Virus record (IMG/VR): IMGVR_UViG_3300024246_000005
Span: 4,398 to 68,397 of that record
Direction: 5' to 3' (one strand)
DNA: 64,000 nucleotides
Origin: a virus
Lineage: Duplodnaviria; Caudoviricetes
In this document: positions 52,757-61,921 of the stretch, in pieces
Layout of the letters: the number at the start of each line of letters is the position of its first letter
Numbering within the stretch: position 1 is the stretch's first letter
Translations under genes and position numbers: made by a program
Notes under the pieces: model-generated
Told to the model about the DNA's origin: nothing
Database searches by the model: none
What the model saw: only the letters and a program-made list of their open reading frames with translations

Positions 52757-55700
52757 GAGCAGGCCGGATTCTCTTTCCTTTTCTGGTGCTCTTGATCTTG
52801 GCCATGATCGTTGCTCCGTCCGCTTGGAGCGCCACCTACTACGTTTCTTCGGCTGGCAGCGACAGCAACGCCGGAACTTCCACCGGGACCGCATGGGCGC
52901 ACGCTCCGTACATGACGGGCGCGACTGGGAACCCTCTCGCCTATGTCTGCCACGCCGGAGACACTTTTATCCTTCGCGGCGGCGAGACCTGGACGACCGC
53001 CAGCCTGCCGTGGACGTGGAACTGCTCTGGCACGGTCGGGAATGTGAACCTGATCGGCGGCGACGGAAGCTGGTACAACGCGACGAACTGCTCCAACGCG
53101 GGCTACAGCGGCTATTGCCGGCCGATTCTTAACGCTGGAGGAAAGTCCACCACTTGCGTTTTCAACGCTGGCGGAACCTTCGGCGCGATTCTCTCAAACG
53201 GCTATCCGAACTATGTCGAGTTCCGCTACCTAGAGTTCACCGGAGGCTGCACGGCATCGAGCGGGAACACGTCCGCTTACTATCTGTTCGCCGGCAACTC
53301 CGCGAATCACATCTCGATCCACGACAGCTATTTTCACGGCTGGGATTCGGTAGGCACGAGGTCTGCTTTCAATTGCTTTGCTGGCCCGACCGGATCAGGC
53401 TCCGACGCGGTTGCCTACAATAACGTGGTCGATGGGACGGTGGACGGCGAGACTGACGGCGCAATGAACTGCTCGATGAACGGCGCCTGGTCGGAGTTCC
53501 ACCACAACTACGCCTCAAATCAGGCCGATTTCATCAACACGAATTACATCAAGTCGTTCCATCACAACACCTTCAAGCTGTTCACCTCGGCTCACGATAC
53601 CAGTGAGCACGGGAATATGTTTGAGAACAATTCCAGCTCCCCGACCGGAAGCCTCGTCTATAACAACGTTTTCATCCCGCACAATCCGGTCATCGCCACC
53701 AACGCCATCGTGATGTGGAACGCTCCGCAACTCGGCCAGACCGACTACGTTTTCAACAACGTCATTTACGACGTTCCCCAGGCCGGCGACAACACCCTGA
53801 TGTGCGAGAAGTCTCTGGTTAATCCGGGCGGCTCTTGCGTGTTTTTCAATAACACAATTCAGTGCGGCACTGACGCTTCGGCGACCAAAATATGCGGCTC
53901 ACAGGATTTGCAGGTAAGCGGGACGACCAAAGCGGAAAACAATCACTTTATTACGTCGGTAGCAAGTTGCGCGACCGCGGCAATCTCCGTCCACAGCGGC
54001 AACGCTATCAACTACGTCACAAATACCTGCATGACTCCGGCGACGGCGACATCGCAAGGATACACCAGCGCAGAGACCTACGCTTTTTCTCCAACCCTGA
54101 TTACCAACTCGACGGTGGGCGCTGGAACGAATTTCAATTGCTCCACGATTCCCGATGCCTCGGCTGCTACGGCTTGCCAGTCAGATACGAGTTATGGTGT
54201 CGGCTACGACGCGACAAACCACGTGGTCACGAATCCCAAGACTCCATCCGCGCGCCCGACGAGTGGCGCATGGGATACCGGAGCGTATGAATTTACTGGC
54301 GCGGCCGCTCCGCTGCTTTCGTTCAGTCCAAGTCCTGCGGCCTTCGGCAATCAACTGGTGGCAAGCACTAGCGGTCCGCTGACCATTACTGTTTCAAATA
54401 TCGGCACTGCTTCACAGATTCTATCGACTCCGTTTTTCACCATCGGCGGAACCAACCCGACCAACTTTGCGAACGCTGGCACAGGTACTTGCGTAAACGG
54501 CGGGACAATTCCGGCGAGTGCCTCTTGCACGATCAAGCTGACTTTCACGCCGTCAACTACTGGTGCGCGGTCGGCAACTCTCACAATCAACGGAACGGTG
54601 TTTGGCACCGACGCTTTGACTGGCACCGGCACACAGCCGGCGCTTTCGTTCTCGCCTAGCCCAGGCGCGTTCGGCAATCAGAACGTGAGCACTACCAGTT
54701 CACCGCTGACCATCACCGTATCCAATACCGGGACCGCCTCTCAGGTGCTCTCTACCCCGTATTTCACGATCACCGGGACGAACGCCTCAAACTTCGCGAA
54801 TGCCGGCACCGGGAGCTGCGCGAATGGTGGAACCATTGCGGCCAGTTCATCTTGCACGGTGAATTTGACCTTTACCCCTTCGGCGCTTGGGGCGCGCGCT
54901 GCCACGCTGACGATCAATGGGACGGTAAGCGGTACGGATTCCTTGACGGGTACGGGCTTGCAGGCTCAGGTTTCACTCAGCCCGACCAGCATCGCATTTG
55001 GCAACCAAGCTACCGGAACTTCCAGCGGCAACCGCCTAGTGACGCTGACCAATCCCGGAAACGCCACTTTGACGATCGCCAGCATTACGCTCACCGGAGC
55101 CAATGCCGCGGAGTTCTCGACCAATGGAAGCACTTGCAGTTCAACCCTGGCAGCCCTGGCGTCCTGCTCGATCAACGTGGTGTTTTCGCCCACGACTGCG
55201 ACGGCCAAAAATGCAAATCTAACCTTCGCCACCAGTGCCTCGACCAGCCCGGACAACGTAGCTTTGACTGGTACAGGTGTCACGCCAGCAACCCCGGCTT
55301 TGAGCTTCTCACCATCGCCGGCGGCCTTCGGAAACCAGCGGACGGCCACCACCAGCGCGCCATTGACCATTACGGTGACAAACACCGGGAACGCCTCGGA
55401 AATCCTCTCCACGCCCTATTTCACGCTGTCCGGGCCTAACTCCACGTCCTTCGCCAACCCAGGGACGGGAACGTGCGCCAACGGCGGCACAATTGCGGCC
55501 AGTGGCACCTGTACGATCAACCTGACGTTTACCCCGTCCACCACTGGCGCTCTAAATGCCATTTTGACCGTGAACGGGACGGTGAGTGCGCAGGATCTTC
55601 TAACCGGAACCGGAGTCACGCCGGTTATCAGCATGTCACCGTCGCCGGCGGCGTTCGGGAACCAAAGCGTAAGCACCACCAGTTCGCCGTTGACGGTGAC

Positions 55701-57255
55701 AGTCTCCAATACTGGAACCTCAAGCGAGACACTCTCGACGCCTTACTTCACCATCACCGGGACCAACTCATCGAATTACGCCAACGCGGGTACTGGAACC
55801 TGCACCAACGGCGGCACGATCGCGGCGAGCGGGTCCTGCACCATCAACCTAACCTTCACGCCTTCGGCTTCCGGGAGCCGTACAGCGACGTTGACGCTGC
55901 AAGGCACGGTAAATGCCACGGATTCACTGACAGGCACCGGAGTCGCGGCCGTGGTAGGGCTGGCGCCTACCTCCATCGCGTTTGGGAACCAAAATACCGG
56001 AACATCGAGCAGCAACAGCGCGGTGACGCTGACCAACACCGGAAACACGACGCTGAACATTTCGAGCATCGCCTTGAGCGGAGCGGATTCCGGGCAGTTC
56101 AGCACCAACGGAAGCACCTGCGGATCGACGTTGGCGGCTTCGGCGGCCTGTTCTATCAATGTCGTTTTCGCACCGACCACGACGGGAGCCAAGAGCGCCA
56201 ATTTGACGTTCACGACGGACGCGGCCAGCAGCCCGAATAACGTCGCGTTGACCGGAACCGGAGTTTCCAGCGGTACGCCGTCGCTTTCCTTTTCCCCAAG
56301 TCCGCTGGCTTTCGGGAATCAGCCGACTGGGACAACTAGCTCGCCCTTGACGCTTACGGTCACGAATAACGGGACCGCGACACAGGTTCTCTCGACGCCT
56401 TATTTCACTTTGGGCGGAAGCAACCCGACCGTCTTCGCCAACACCGGCGGCGGTACTTGCGTGGACGGAGCATCTATCACCGTCAGTGGCTCTTGCACAA
56501 TTCTTCTGACGTTCACGCCAAGTAGCGTGGCGGCCTTCAGCGCAACCATCACGATAAATGGCACCGTGAGCGCTTCCAACGCGCTGACAGGCACCGGCGG
56601 GACACTGCCGACCATCACACTGACTCCAATCAACATCGCTTTCGGGAATCAGGACAATGGCACGTCCAGTAATCCAACGTCGGTAACGCTGACCAACTCC
56701 GGCGGCGCAACCTTGACCATTACCAGCATCGCGGTCACAGGAGCCGATTCCAGTCAGTTCTCGATCAACACCAATACCTGCGGTTCAAGTCTGGCGAGTC
56801 TGGCTTCCTGCTCATGGAACGTGGTTTTCTCTCCGACTACGACCGGAGCAAAATCAGCCGCCGTTACTGTGACCACCAACGCTGGAACAAGCCCCGACGC
56901 GGTTACGCTGAGTGGAACGGGGCGCGTGCCAACTCCCCCAAGTCCTACGGCGCCGGCGATTACCGTAGTCTCCGTACTTCCCCCTGGTAGCGTGTTGATT
57001 GCAGGGAATAGCGGTATCTCGCCGCGGAACGTGCTCGTTTCGGCCACCGGATGCAGTACAGACGGAACGAACTATTCCACGCCATGCCGATTCTCGATCG
57101 CTTGCGGGAATTGCAGCCAGAAAACAAAAGTTTGGTTCAATGGCACTCAGGTCACAACTTCTTACTCAAAGGGAATAATCACGGCTTCGGTTCCGGTATC
57201 CTTAATCCCAATGCCGAATGTCTCGACGGATTACTCGTTCTCGCTTCTAAACTGA
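52753..57255 (+). CDS. Exported beta-helix plus eight choice-of-anchor-D (ASH-like Ig) repeats
   Basis: Signal peptide APSAWS|ATYYVSSAGSDSNAG; WDTGAYEF; eight AFGNQ...LT...C...C...F(T/S/A)P...L(T/S)GTG repeats. Confidence 0.85.
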   Translation: MRAGRILFPFLVLLILAMIVAPSAWSATYYVSSAGSDSNAGTSTGTAWAHAPYMTGATGNPLAYVCHAGDTFILRGGETWTTASLPWTWNCSGTVGNVNLIGGDGSWYNATNCSNAGYSGYCRPILNAGGKSTTCVFNAGGTFGAILSNGYPNYVEFRYLEFTGGCTASSGNTSAYYLFAGNSANHISIHDSYFHGWDSVGTRSAFNCFAGPTGSGSDAVAYNNVVDGTVDGETDGAMNCSMNGAWSEFHHNYASNQADFINTNYIKSFHHNTFKLFTSAHDTSEHGNMFENNSSSPTGSLVYNNVFIPHNPVIATNAIVMWNAPQLGQTDYVFNNVIYDVPQAGDNTLMCEKSLVNPGGSCVFFNNTIQCGTDASATKICGSQDLQVSGTTKAENNHFITSVASCATAAISVHSGNAINYVTNTCMTPATATSQGYTSAETYAFSPTLITNSTVGAGTNFNCSTIPDASAATACQSDTSYGVGYDATNHVVTNPKTPSARPTSGAWDTGAYEFTGAAAPLLSFSPSPAAFGNQLVASTSGPLTITVSNIGTASQILSTPFFTIGGTNPTNFANAGTGTCVNGGTIPASASCTIKLTFTPSTTGARSATLTINGTVFGTDALTGTGTQPALSFSPSPGAFGNQNVSTTSSPLTITVSNTGTASQVLSTPYFTITGTNASNFANAGTGSCANGGTIAASSSCTVNLTFTPSALGARAATLTINGTVSGTDSLTGTGLQAQVSLSPTSIAFGNQATGTSSGNRLVTLTNPGNATLTIASITLTGANAAEFSTNGSTCSSTLAALASCSINVVFSPTTATAKNANLTFATSASTSPDNVALTGTGVTPATPALSFSPSPAAFGNQRTATTSAPLTITVTNTGNASEILSTPYFTLSGPNSTSFANPGTGTCANGGTIAASGTCTINLTFTPSTTGALNAILTVNGTVSAQDLLTGTGVTPVISMSPSPAAFGNQSVSTTSSPLTVTVSNTGTSSETLSTPYFTITGTNSSNYANAGTGTCTNGGTIAASGSCTINLTFTPSASGSRTATLTLQGTVNATDSLTGTGVAAVVGLAPTSIAFGNQNTGTSSSNSAVTLTNTGNTTLNISSIALSGADSGQFSTNGSTCGSTLAASAACSINVVFAPTTTGAKSANLTFTTDAASSPNNVALTGTGVSSGTPSLSFSPSPLAFGNQPTGTTSSPLTLTVTNNGTATQVLSTPYFTLGGSNPTVFANTGGGTCVDGASITVSGSCTILLTFTPSSVAAFSATITINGTVSASNALTGTGGTLPTITLTPINIAFGNQDNGTSSNPTSVTLTNSGGATLTITSIAVTGADSSQFSINTNTCGSSLASLASCSWNVVFSPTTTGAKSAAVTVTTNAGTSPDAVTLSGTGRVPTPPSPTAPAITVVSVLPPGSVLIAGNSGISPRNVLVSATGCSTDGTNYSTPCRFSIACGNCSQKTKVWFNGTQVTTSYSKGIITASVPVSLIPMPNVSTDYSFSLLN
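54301..56925 (+). repeat. Eight tandem ~110-aa Ig-like repeats in the order A-A-B-A-A-B-A-B
   Basis: Type A carries STP(F/Y)FT...GTC..G; type B carries I(A/T)(L/V)(T/S)GA...F...(S/N)TC. Confidence 0.85.
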
Positions 57256-57268
57256 ACGGAGGAAACAG

Positions 57269-57637
57269 ATGGACAGTAATATCGTAATGACTCAGATCAC
57301 CCTCAGCACTCTGGTGGCTGGCGTACTCGCGTTCCTCAAAGCAAAAGCATGGGTACCGTGGTTCAGCAAGCACTCTGCGACGATCAATCATGCGTTTCTT
57401 TTGGTCTCTTCGGCTTTCACTGCGATTGGTGTCCATGCTGTCTGGAATCATGACGCTGGCTCTTTGACCATTACCGGACTCAATTTGATGGTGATTTTGA
57501 ACGGCATTTGGGAATGGGCGAAGTCATGGAGTATGCAATATCTCGTACAGCGCGGCGCCTTTGGTCCGGTGGCGACTCCTGGTGATGCTCCACCAGTGAC
57601 GACAATACCTGTAAAAAGTGCCGACGTTAAACCCTAA
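57269..57637 (+). CDS. Holin-like membrane protein
   Basis: 122 aa with 2-3 hydrophobic segments, after the last structural gene. Confidence 0.5.
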   Translation: MDSNIVMTQITLSTLVAGVLAFLKAKAWVPWFSKHSATINHAFLLVSSAFTAIGVHAVWNHDAGSLTITGLNLMVILNGIWEWAKSWSMQYLVQRGAFGPVATPGDAPPVTTIPVKSADVKP

Positions 57638-57670
57638 CTCAATCTACAATAGGCACAAGAGGCCATCGGG

Positions 57671-57973
57671 ATGAACGGCAGCCGTATAAAATACGACGAT
57701 TCTCCCGAGGGCCGGATTGCTGCGGTCGCCAAATATCTCTGCGTCCACTTTGAGGAAAATCACATTCGTACTGGCGTAGGACCGAAAGAGCCAGACTACG
57801 CCGATTTCAAAGTAGCCCTGCGGCCATTTATCCAAAGAGAATTGCTTAAAGCGCGGATCGATGAAGCGCGCACAACTCAATCGCGCATCCTCACTGACCG
57901 CGTTATGGAATTGGCAAAAGAACTCGCTATAGTCGAGGCGCAGATTCCGAAGGAACTCCGTCCACATGAATGA
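57671..57973 (+). CDS. Hypothetical protein
   Basis: 100-aa ORF in the lysis region. Confidence 0.5.
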   Translation: MNGSRIKYDDSPEGRIAAVAKYLCVHFEENHIRTGVGPKEPDYADFKVALRPFIQRELLKARIDEARTTQSRILTDRVMELAKELAIVEAQIPKELRPHE

Positions 57974-58214
57974 GTGGGTAGTCGCGGTCGCTATAGCCGT
58001 CTTCGGAGCAATCTATGCTGCTGGCCGGATTGTGGCAGGAACCCGCAAAGAAGTAGAGCACGCCAAAGCTGACATAAACCGCATGGGCGCAAAAAACAGA
58101 GACGAGCAAAGAGATGCTGCGCGCCGTCACCACAATATGTGCTTAGTGATGATAGCGGCCGAGAACAATCGGAAAACCAGATTCAAAATGGCTGCGATGC
58201 TGCGAGAGGATTAG
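57966..58214 (+). CDS. Single-TM coiled-coil protein (holin- or spanin-like)
   Basis: MNEWVVAVAIAVFGAIYAAG followed by a charged helix. Confidence 0.5.
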   Translation: MNEWVVAVAIAVFGAIYAAGRIVAGTRKEVEHAKADINRMGAKNRDEQRDAARRHHNMCLVMIAAENNRKTRFKMAAMLRED

Positions 58215-58635
58215 GAATCGGCTTGTAGAATTTTAGCCGTCCGACGTTCAGGGTGTTCACGTATTCCGTTTCACTTCCCCATGCTTTCGGCCAGCCCATG
58301 CTGGTGTCGTGGTAGAAAGTAGCTCCCCCGGTAAGATCATCATCCACCCCGGTATAGACTCCGCTCGCGGCAGAGAGGCAATCCGTCCAACTTGGACTAT
58401 CATCTGGTGGCCACAGAGAATTATTGGGGTCGTTTACATTGAAACTGGAAAACTGCCACGGTTTAAGAATTACCGATGTCCAGTCACCGCCCCACCAACT
58501 CGGCTGGTTTACGCGATTCCTGATTACGTGACAGACTCCGCGCTTGCCGTCCAGCGGCTCGCCACGCGCTTCGCGGTAACAACACAAGGCAATCAATTTC
58601 AGTTCTGACAGTTGGCCGTACGGAATGGCTTCCAT
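58183..58635 (-). CDS. Endolysin, SleB/Hydrolase_2 family cell-wall hydrolase
   Basis: LIALCCYREARGEP...VCHVIRNRV...VILKPWQFSSFN...GGATFYH. Confidence 0.9.
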   Translation of the reverse strand: MEAIPYGQLSELKLIALCCYREARGEPLDGKRGVCHVIRNRVNQPSWWGGDWTSVILKPWQFSSFNVNDPNNSLWPPDDSPSWTDCLSAASGVYTGVDDDLTGGATFYHDTSMGWPKAWGSETEYVNTLNVGRLKFYKPIPNPLAASQPF

Positions 58636-58646
58636 AGGTTCCTTTC

Positions 58647-58688
58647 AAGAAAAAGGGCACATGCCGGTTTGGGGTAAGCACATGCCCT
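58647..58688 (-). terminator. Rho-independent terminator just upstream of the endolysin
   Basis: On the minus strand AGGGCATGTGC pairs with GCATGTGCCCT (two G.U pairs), followed by TTTTCTT. Confidence 0.6.
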
Positions 58689-58724
58689 AGAAGGGGTACT
58701 GCGTTTGTTGGAGTCTACTACGGA

Positions 58725-58937
58725 TTACTTGGACTGCTCGGCGTGCGCTGTGGTCACGATGTTTGATAACTCACTAGCGTCGCCGGCGAGAATGTCCGCA
58801 TCCGACTTGCCTTTCAATCCCCGCACCAACGATGCGACGAGATTGAACGCAATCGGTTCCAGCATCGCAATTTCTTGGATGATGGCCACGGCTCCGCTCG
58901 CTGACGGAGGTGTTAAAGGTGTTGCTGGTGTTCCCAT
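58725..58937 (-). CDS. Small amphipathic protein
   Basis: 70 aa; AGGAAG RBS. Confidence 0.55.
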   Translation of the reverse strand: MGTPATPLTPPSASGAVAIIQEIAMLEPIAFNLVASLVRGLKGKSDADILAGDASELSNIVTTAHAEQSK

Positions 58938-58949
58938 GTTCTTCCTTTC

Positions 58950-59402
58950 TTACGGCTTGGCAGCGACCGGAGTCGCTGTATTAAGTTCGGTTTGGACATT
59001 GGACAGGACCGCTTGCGCAGTCTGTAAAGAGGCTTTCAGAATGGCTTGGGAATTGGGATTCTTCACTCCCAGGACGCCATCGTTCATCAATGCGGTGGTC
59101 GAGTCGATCAGTAGTTGCAGGTCCGCACTGATTGTCGGGTTTGCGGCGCCGCTCTGCATCGCGTTGACCAGAATAATGCCAGACGTTCCAATCTTCTCGA
59201 TGCCAGCTTCGATCTTGTGGTGTTCCTCGACGGAGATGCGGCCGTTCTGGTATTCCGCAATTTCGGCTTTCTGGAAGGCACCGAGTCCAGACGTGAAAGC
59301 GTGTTCCGCGACAACTGCTCCGTGGTATGCGCCCTTCGGACAGCCAGACGAAAACACTGCGACCACCAAAAGCACTGCAACTACGGCGAATCTATGTCCC
59401 AT
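58950..59402 (-). CDS. Lipoprotein (o-spanin-like candidate)
   Basis: MGHRFAVVAVLLVVAVFSSG|C lipobox. Confidence 0.65.
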   Translation of the reverse strand: MGHRFAVVAVLLVVAVFSSGCPKGAYHGAVVAEHAFTSGLGAFQKAEIAEYQNGRISVEEHHKIEAGIEKIGTSGIILVNAMQSGAANPTISADLQLLIDSTTALMNDGVLGVKNPNSQAILKASLQTAQAVLSNVQTELNTATPVAAKP

Positions 59403-59413
59403 CGTTTTCTCCT

Positions 59414-59827
59414 TTAAGGCGTGATGCTATCAGAATCGCTGCGCCGCCATACCGCTTTTGGCGAGGCATATTGGTCAATCTTGTACCCCACCCGCGAAAT
59501 GATACCACTCATCGCTGCTCGATGAATGACCGCTCCCCATGCACGCTTGTCCGGGGGTTGCGCAATAGCGCGATTAAGTGTCCATCGCACAAAATCTTCG
59601 GCTAAAAATTCCGTTGACGTTTCTATAAATAAACGAAGCTCTGCGTCGGCTTCATTGTTCCAGTTTGAGTTCACGCTTTCTGCGTGTCCCGAAGCGCGCG
59701 CCATTCCCTTATCGCGTCGGGCTATCACTTCACGTTGTTTTCTCCGTGTTTTGGCTCGCGCAATAGCATCGTCCAAATTGACCTTGACCGGATTCTTGTT
59801 TTCTGGAAACAGAGTGCTCTGAACCAT
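59414..59827 (-). CDS. Hypothetical, probable winged-helix DNA-binding protein
   Basis: PPDKRAWGAVIHRAAMSGIISRVGY. Confidence 0.55.
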   Translation of the reverse strand: MVQSTLFPENKNPVKVNLDDAIARAKTRRKQREVIARRDKGMARASGHAESVNSNWNNEADAELRLFIETSTEFLAEDFVRWTLNRAIAQPPDKRAWGAVIHRAAMSGIISRVGYKIDQYASPKAVWRRSDSDSITP

Positions 59828-60049
59828 TTATTTTCTCCTGAAAATATAGGAGTTCCTTACGCCACACTTGCGCTCGAACCATTGGAACCAATCCGTTACA
59901 TCGCGGCAATGAGGGTTTTCCCCATCCTGCGTAAATTCGCAGATGAAGTCTGCCAACTCTTCGAGTGAGAAGCGGAACTTGAGATACCGTCCACGTCTTT
60001 TTTGTGGCTTGCTCACTTCTTGCTCCGAAACTGATCTCGCTTCGGACAA
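59828..60049 (-). CDS. Hypothetical protein
   Basis: 73 aa; abuts the next gene. Confidence 0.45.
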   Translation of the reverse strand: MSEARSVSEQEVSKPQKRRGRYLKFRFSLEELADFICEFTQDGENPHCRDVTDWFQWFERKCGVRNSYIFRRK

Positions 60050-60237
60050 ACCGTCCAGTGTGGTTCCAGTTTTTGTGGGTCGTCGTCTTCGGTTCCAGAT
60101 ACCACACTCATCGGCATCTTCTTGCCGCGTGGGGTGTCAAACCAGAGCATGTTCTCTCCACAACCCCGGCAGCGGGAGTCTCCGCTGTATTTGTAACCGA
60201 CACTTTCAAGAGTGTCGCGAGTGTCTGGTAAAGCCAT
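60013..60237 (-). CDS. Small zinc-finger-like protein
   Basis: CRGCG..MLW..T..GKKMP...HW..C; likely ATG at 60237 (track starts at 60333). Confidence 0.55.
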   Translation of the reverse strand: MALPDTRDTLESVGYKYSGDSRCRGCGENMLWFDTPRGKKMPMSVVSGTEDDDPQKLEPHWTVCPKRDQFRSKK

Positions 60238-60238
60238 T

Positions 60239-60730
60239 TTAGCCCCTAGCTTTGTGGCGATATTCTCCACGCCATTTTGATTCTGATAATTGGTGTTTAC
60301 GGCGGTAATCTTCCCTTTGCCGTTTACGCTCACAAATTAAACAACCGCGGCGCGGAGTCCCATCGCGAACATAGCTGCGGGTGTTTTCCGGTATGAACTC
60401 ATGCCCGTTGACGCAATGAGTTTGTATTCTCCTATTGTGAACTTGTTCACTCCACGTTGCCCAATGGCAATTTCCAGGTTCATAATTGCCGTCGTTGTCG
60501 ATTCGGTCGAGCGTCGTGCCAACCGGCTTCGGCCCCATGTCCGCGAAGAAATTAGCCATTCCGTTTTTACCATTCCAACGGTCACAGACAGTTATTCCCC
60601 GGCCTCCATAGTGCCGAAAATCTTTATTTGCAGGGTTGTAGCATCTCCCAAGCATGGCGTGATAAATCCAATACTCAAGAGTTTTGGACAATCCGTGGAA
60701 AGAATAGTGAGCCTTAGTCTTCGTCGCCAT
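60239..60730 (-). CDS. HNH homing endonuclease
   Basis: RCYNP...YGGRGITVCDRW...TLDRIDNDGNYEPGNCHWAT; C-terminal THCVNGH...CLIC. Confidence 0.9.
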   Translation of the reverse strand: MATKTKAHYSFHGLSKTLEYWIYHAMLGRCYNPANKDFRHYGGRGITVCDRWNGKNGMANFFADMGPKPVGTTLDRIDNDGNYEPGNCHWATWSEQVHNRRIQTHCVNGHEFIPENTRSYVRDGTPRRGCLICERKRQREDYRRKHQLSESKWRGEYRHKARG

Positions 60731-61097
60731 CGAGTATCTTTACTTTTACGGTCTCATCTTTGGCGACGACCTTGATCTCCATCTCTTCAACCCTGTAAAT
60801 CGTTTTCTGGTGGCGCTTCATCAAGGTCAGGAGAATGTCTTTTAGGTCGGTCTCTTTGCGAGTCAGAGCCATCCGCTTATCGCGGACCTCTGCGTATTCG
60901 GTGGCGGCCGTTTCCAAATCTTCCAAGTGCTTGTCTTCCATGCCGGGAAGTTCTTTCTGCCGTTTGCCTTTGTTGGCTTCGGAGAGTAGTTCAGGTTTGC
61001 GTTTCACTTCCTCGGGATCAGGCTTTGGGCCTATTCCTTTTTTGCCGGTGCGCTTCGGTGCTTTTGCAGGTAGATGTTCCTCAGGTCGCTTAGTCAA
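60714..61097 (-). CDS. Hypothetical charged protein
   Basis: TTG start after AGGAGG; 127 aa. Confidence 0.65.
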   Translation of the reverse strand: MTKRPEEHLPAKAPKRTGKKGIGPKPDPEEVKRKPELLSEANKGKRQKELPGMEDKHLEDLETAATEYAEVRDKRMALTRKETDLKDILLTLMKRHQKTIYRVEEMEIKVVAKDETVKVKILDGDED

Positions 61098-61148
61098 CTA
61101 GATTCCTCCTGTTCGGGTACTACTGGAATGGATTCGCAAAGTAGCGTA

Positions 61149-61511
61149 CTAAACTGGCGTCGTCAAGGTTTTTTTGTCACGCGCTCCAACTAAGTGCATT
61201 ATCGAGGTATGGTGCATCTTCAAAAGTCCGGCGATCTGTGGGTAGGAATATCCTTGCTCTCTGGCTTTTATGGCAATCTTACGCCGAATCTCTACCATCG
61301 TCCGGTGCTGCCCTCCGGTCAGGATGTCGTCGGGAGTGATGTCGTACTCCCTGGCCGTTTCGTTTAGAAGGGCGTTTAGCCGCTGGGCTGCCGTAGGTTT
61401 GCCGTTTATTTGCGTCTGCGTGATCTTCTGGCGCACTTTTTCTTGGCAGTTAGAGCAGAGACCGCCGACCATTGCCAAAACGTCTGAAAGTGGAATAAAC
61501 AAGTGGTCCAT
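61149..61511 (-). CDS. DnaA C-terminal-like HTH protein
   Basis: YDITPDDIL...RRKIAIKAREQGYSYPQIAGLLKMHHTSIMH; GGAGGT RBS. Confidence 0.7.
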   Translation of the reverse strand: MDHLFIPLSDVLAMVGGLCSNCQEKVRQKITQTQINGKPTAAQRLNALLNETAREYDITPDDILTGGQHRTMVEIRRKIAIKAREQGYSYPQIAGLLKMHHTSIMHLVGARDKKTLTTPV

Positions 61512-61729
61512 TGACCACCTCCCGATTTGAAATTCCTGTCAAGAAATCCATGTAGGAAATATCACAGAGATATTCACAGGCACTCTATGGAAACAAAGGA
61601 CTTATTATTTTTATCCTCACGCAATCAACAGAAGTTGCACACTTCCACAAAAGGTTCCACGGATTCCGAGTTAGCTTGTATCTAGAACTCCGAGTCAAAA
61701 GCATCCTCCAAAAGAAATTCAAATACTTA

Positions 61730-61921
61730 TCACCTTCGCGAACTGTTCAATTCCAAATTTCTAGAATCCGCATAATCGCCAAGTGGGTCCCAAGTCCATT
61801 CGCAGACCTGTACGCGGCCGGTGCGGTCACAGATTAGGGTATGCACCCAATTCCCTGCGCGCACGATCCTGCCGGCGTCAGGGTCGTCCAGAAGTACCTG
61901 AAATTCAAGCACTGCGGCCAT
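61730..61921 (-). CDS. Hypothetical protein
   Basis: 63 aa; co-directional packing. Confidence 0.4.
   Translation of the reverse strand: MAAVLEFQVLLDDPDAGRIVRAGNWVHTLICDRTGRVQVCEWTWDPLGDYADSRNLELNSSRR

Noticed and set aside
54301-56925. Possible CRISPR array or DGR template/variable repeat pair
   Set aside because: Repeats are in-frame protein domains diverged at synonymous sites. There is no repeat-spacer pattern, no adenine-specific variation and no reverse transcriptase in the window.
61536-61543. Minus-strand TCTTGACA as a promoter for the DnaA-like gene
   Set aside because: Too close to the start codon and no -10 box at the right spacing; at most an operator half-site.
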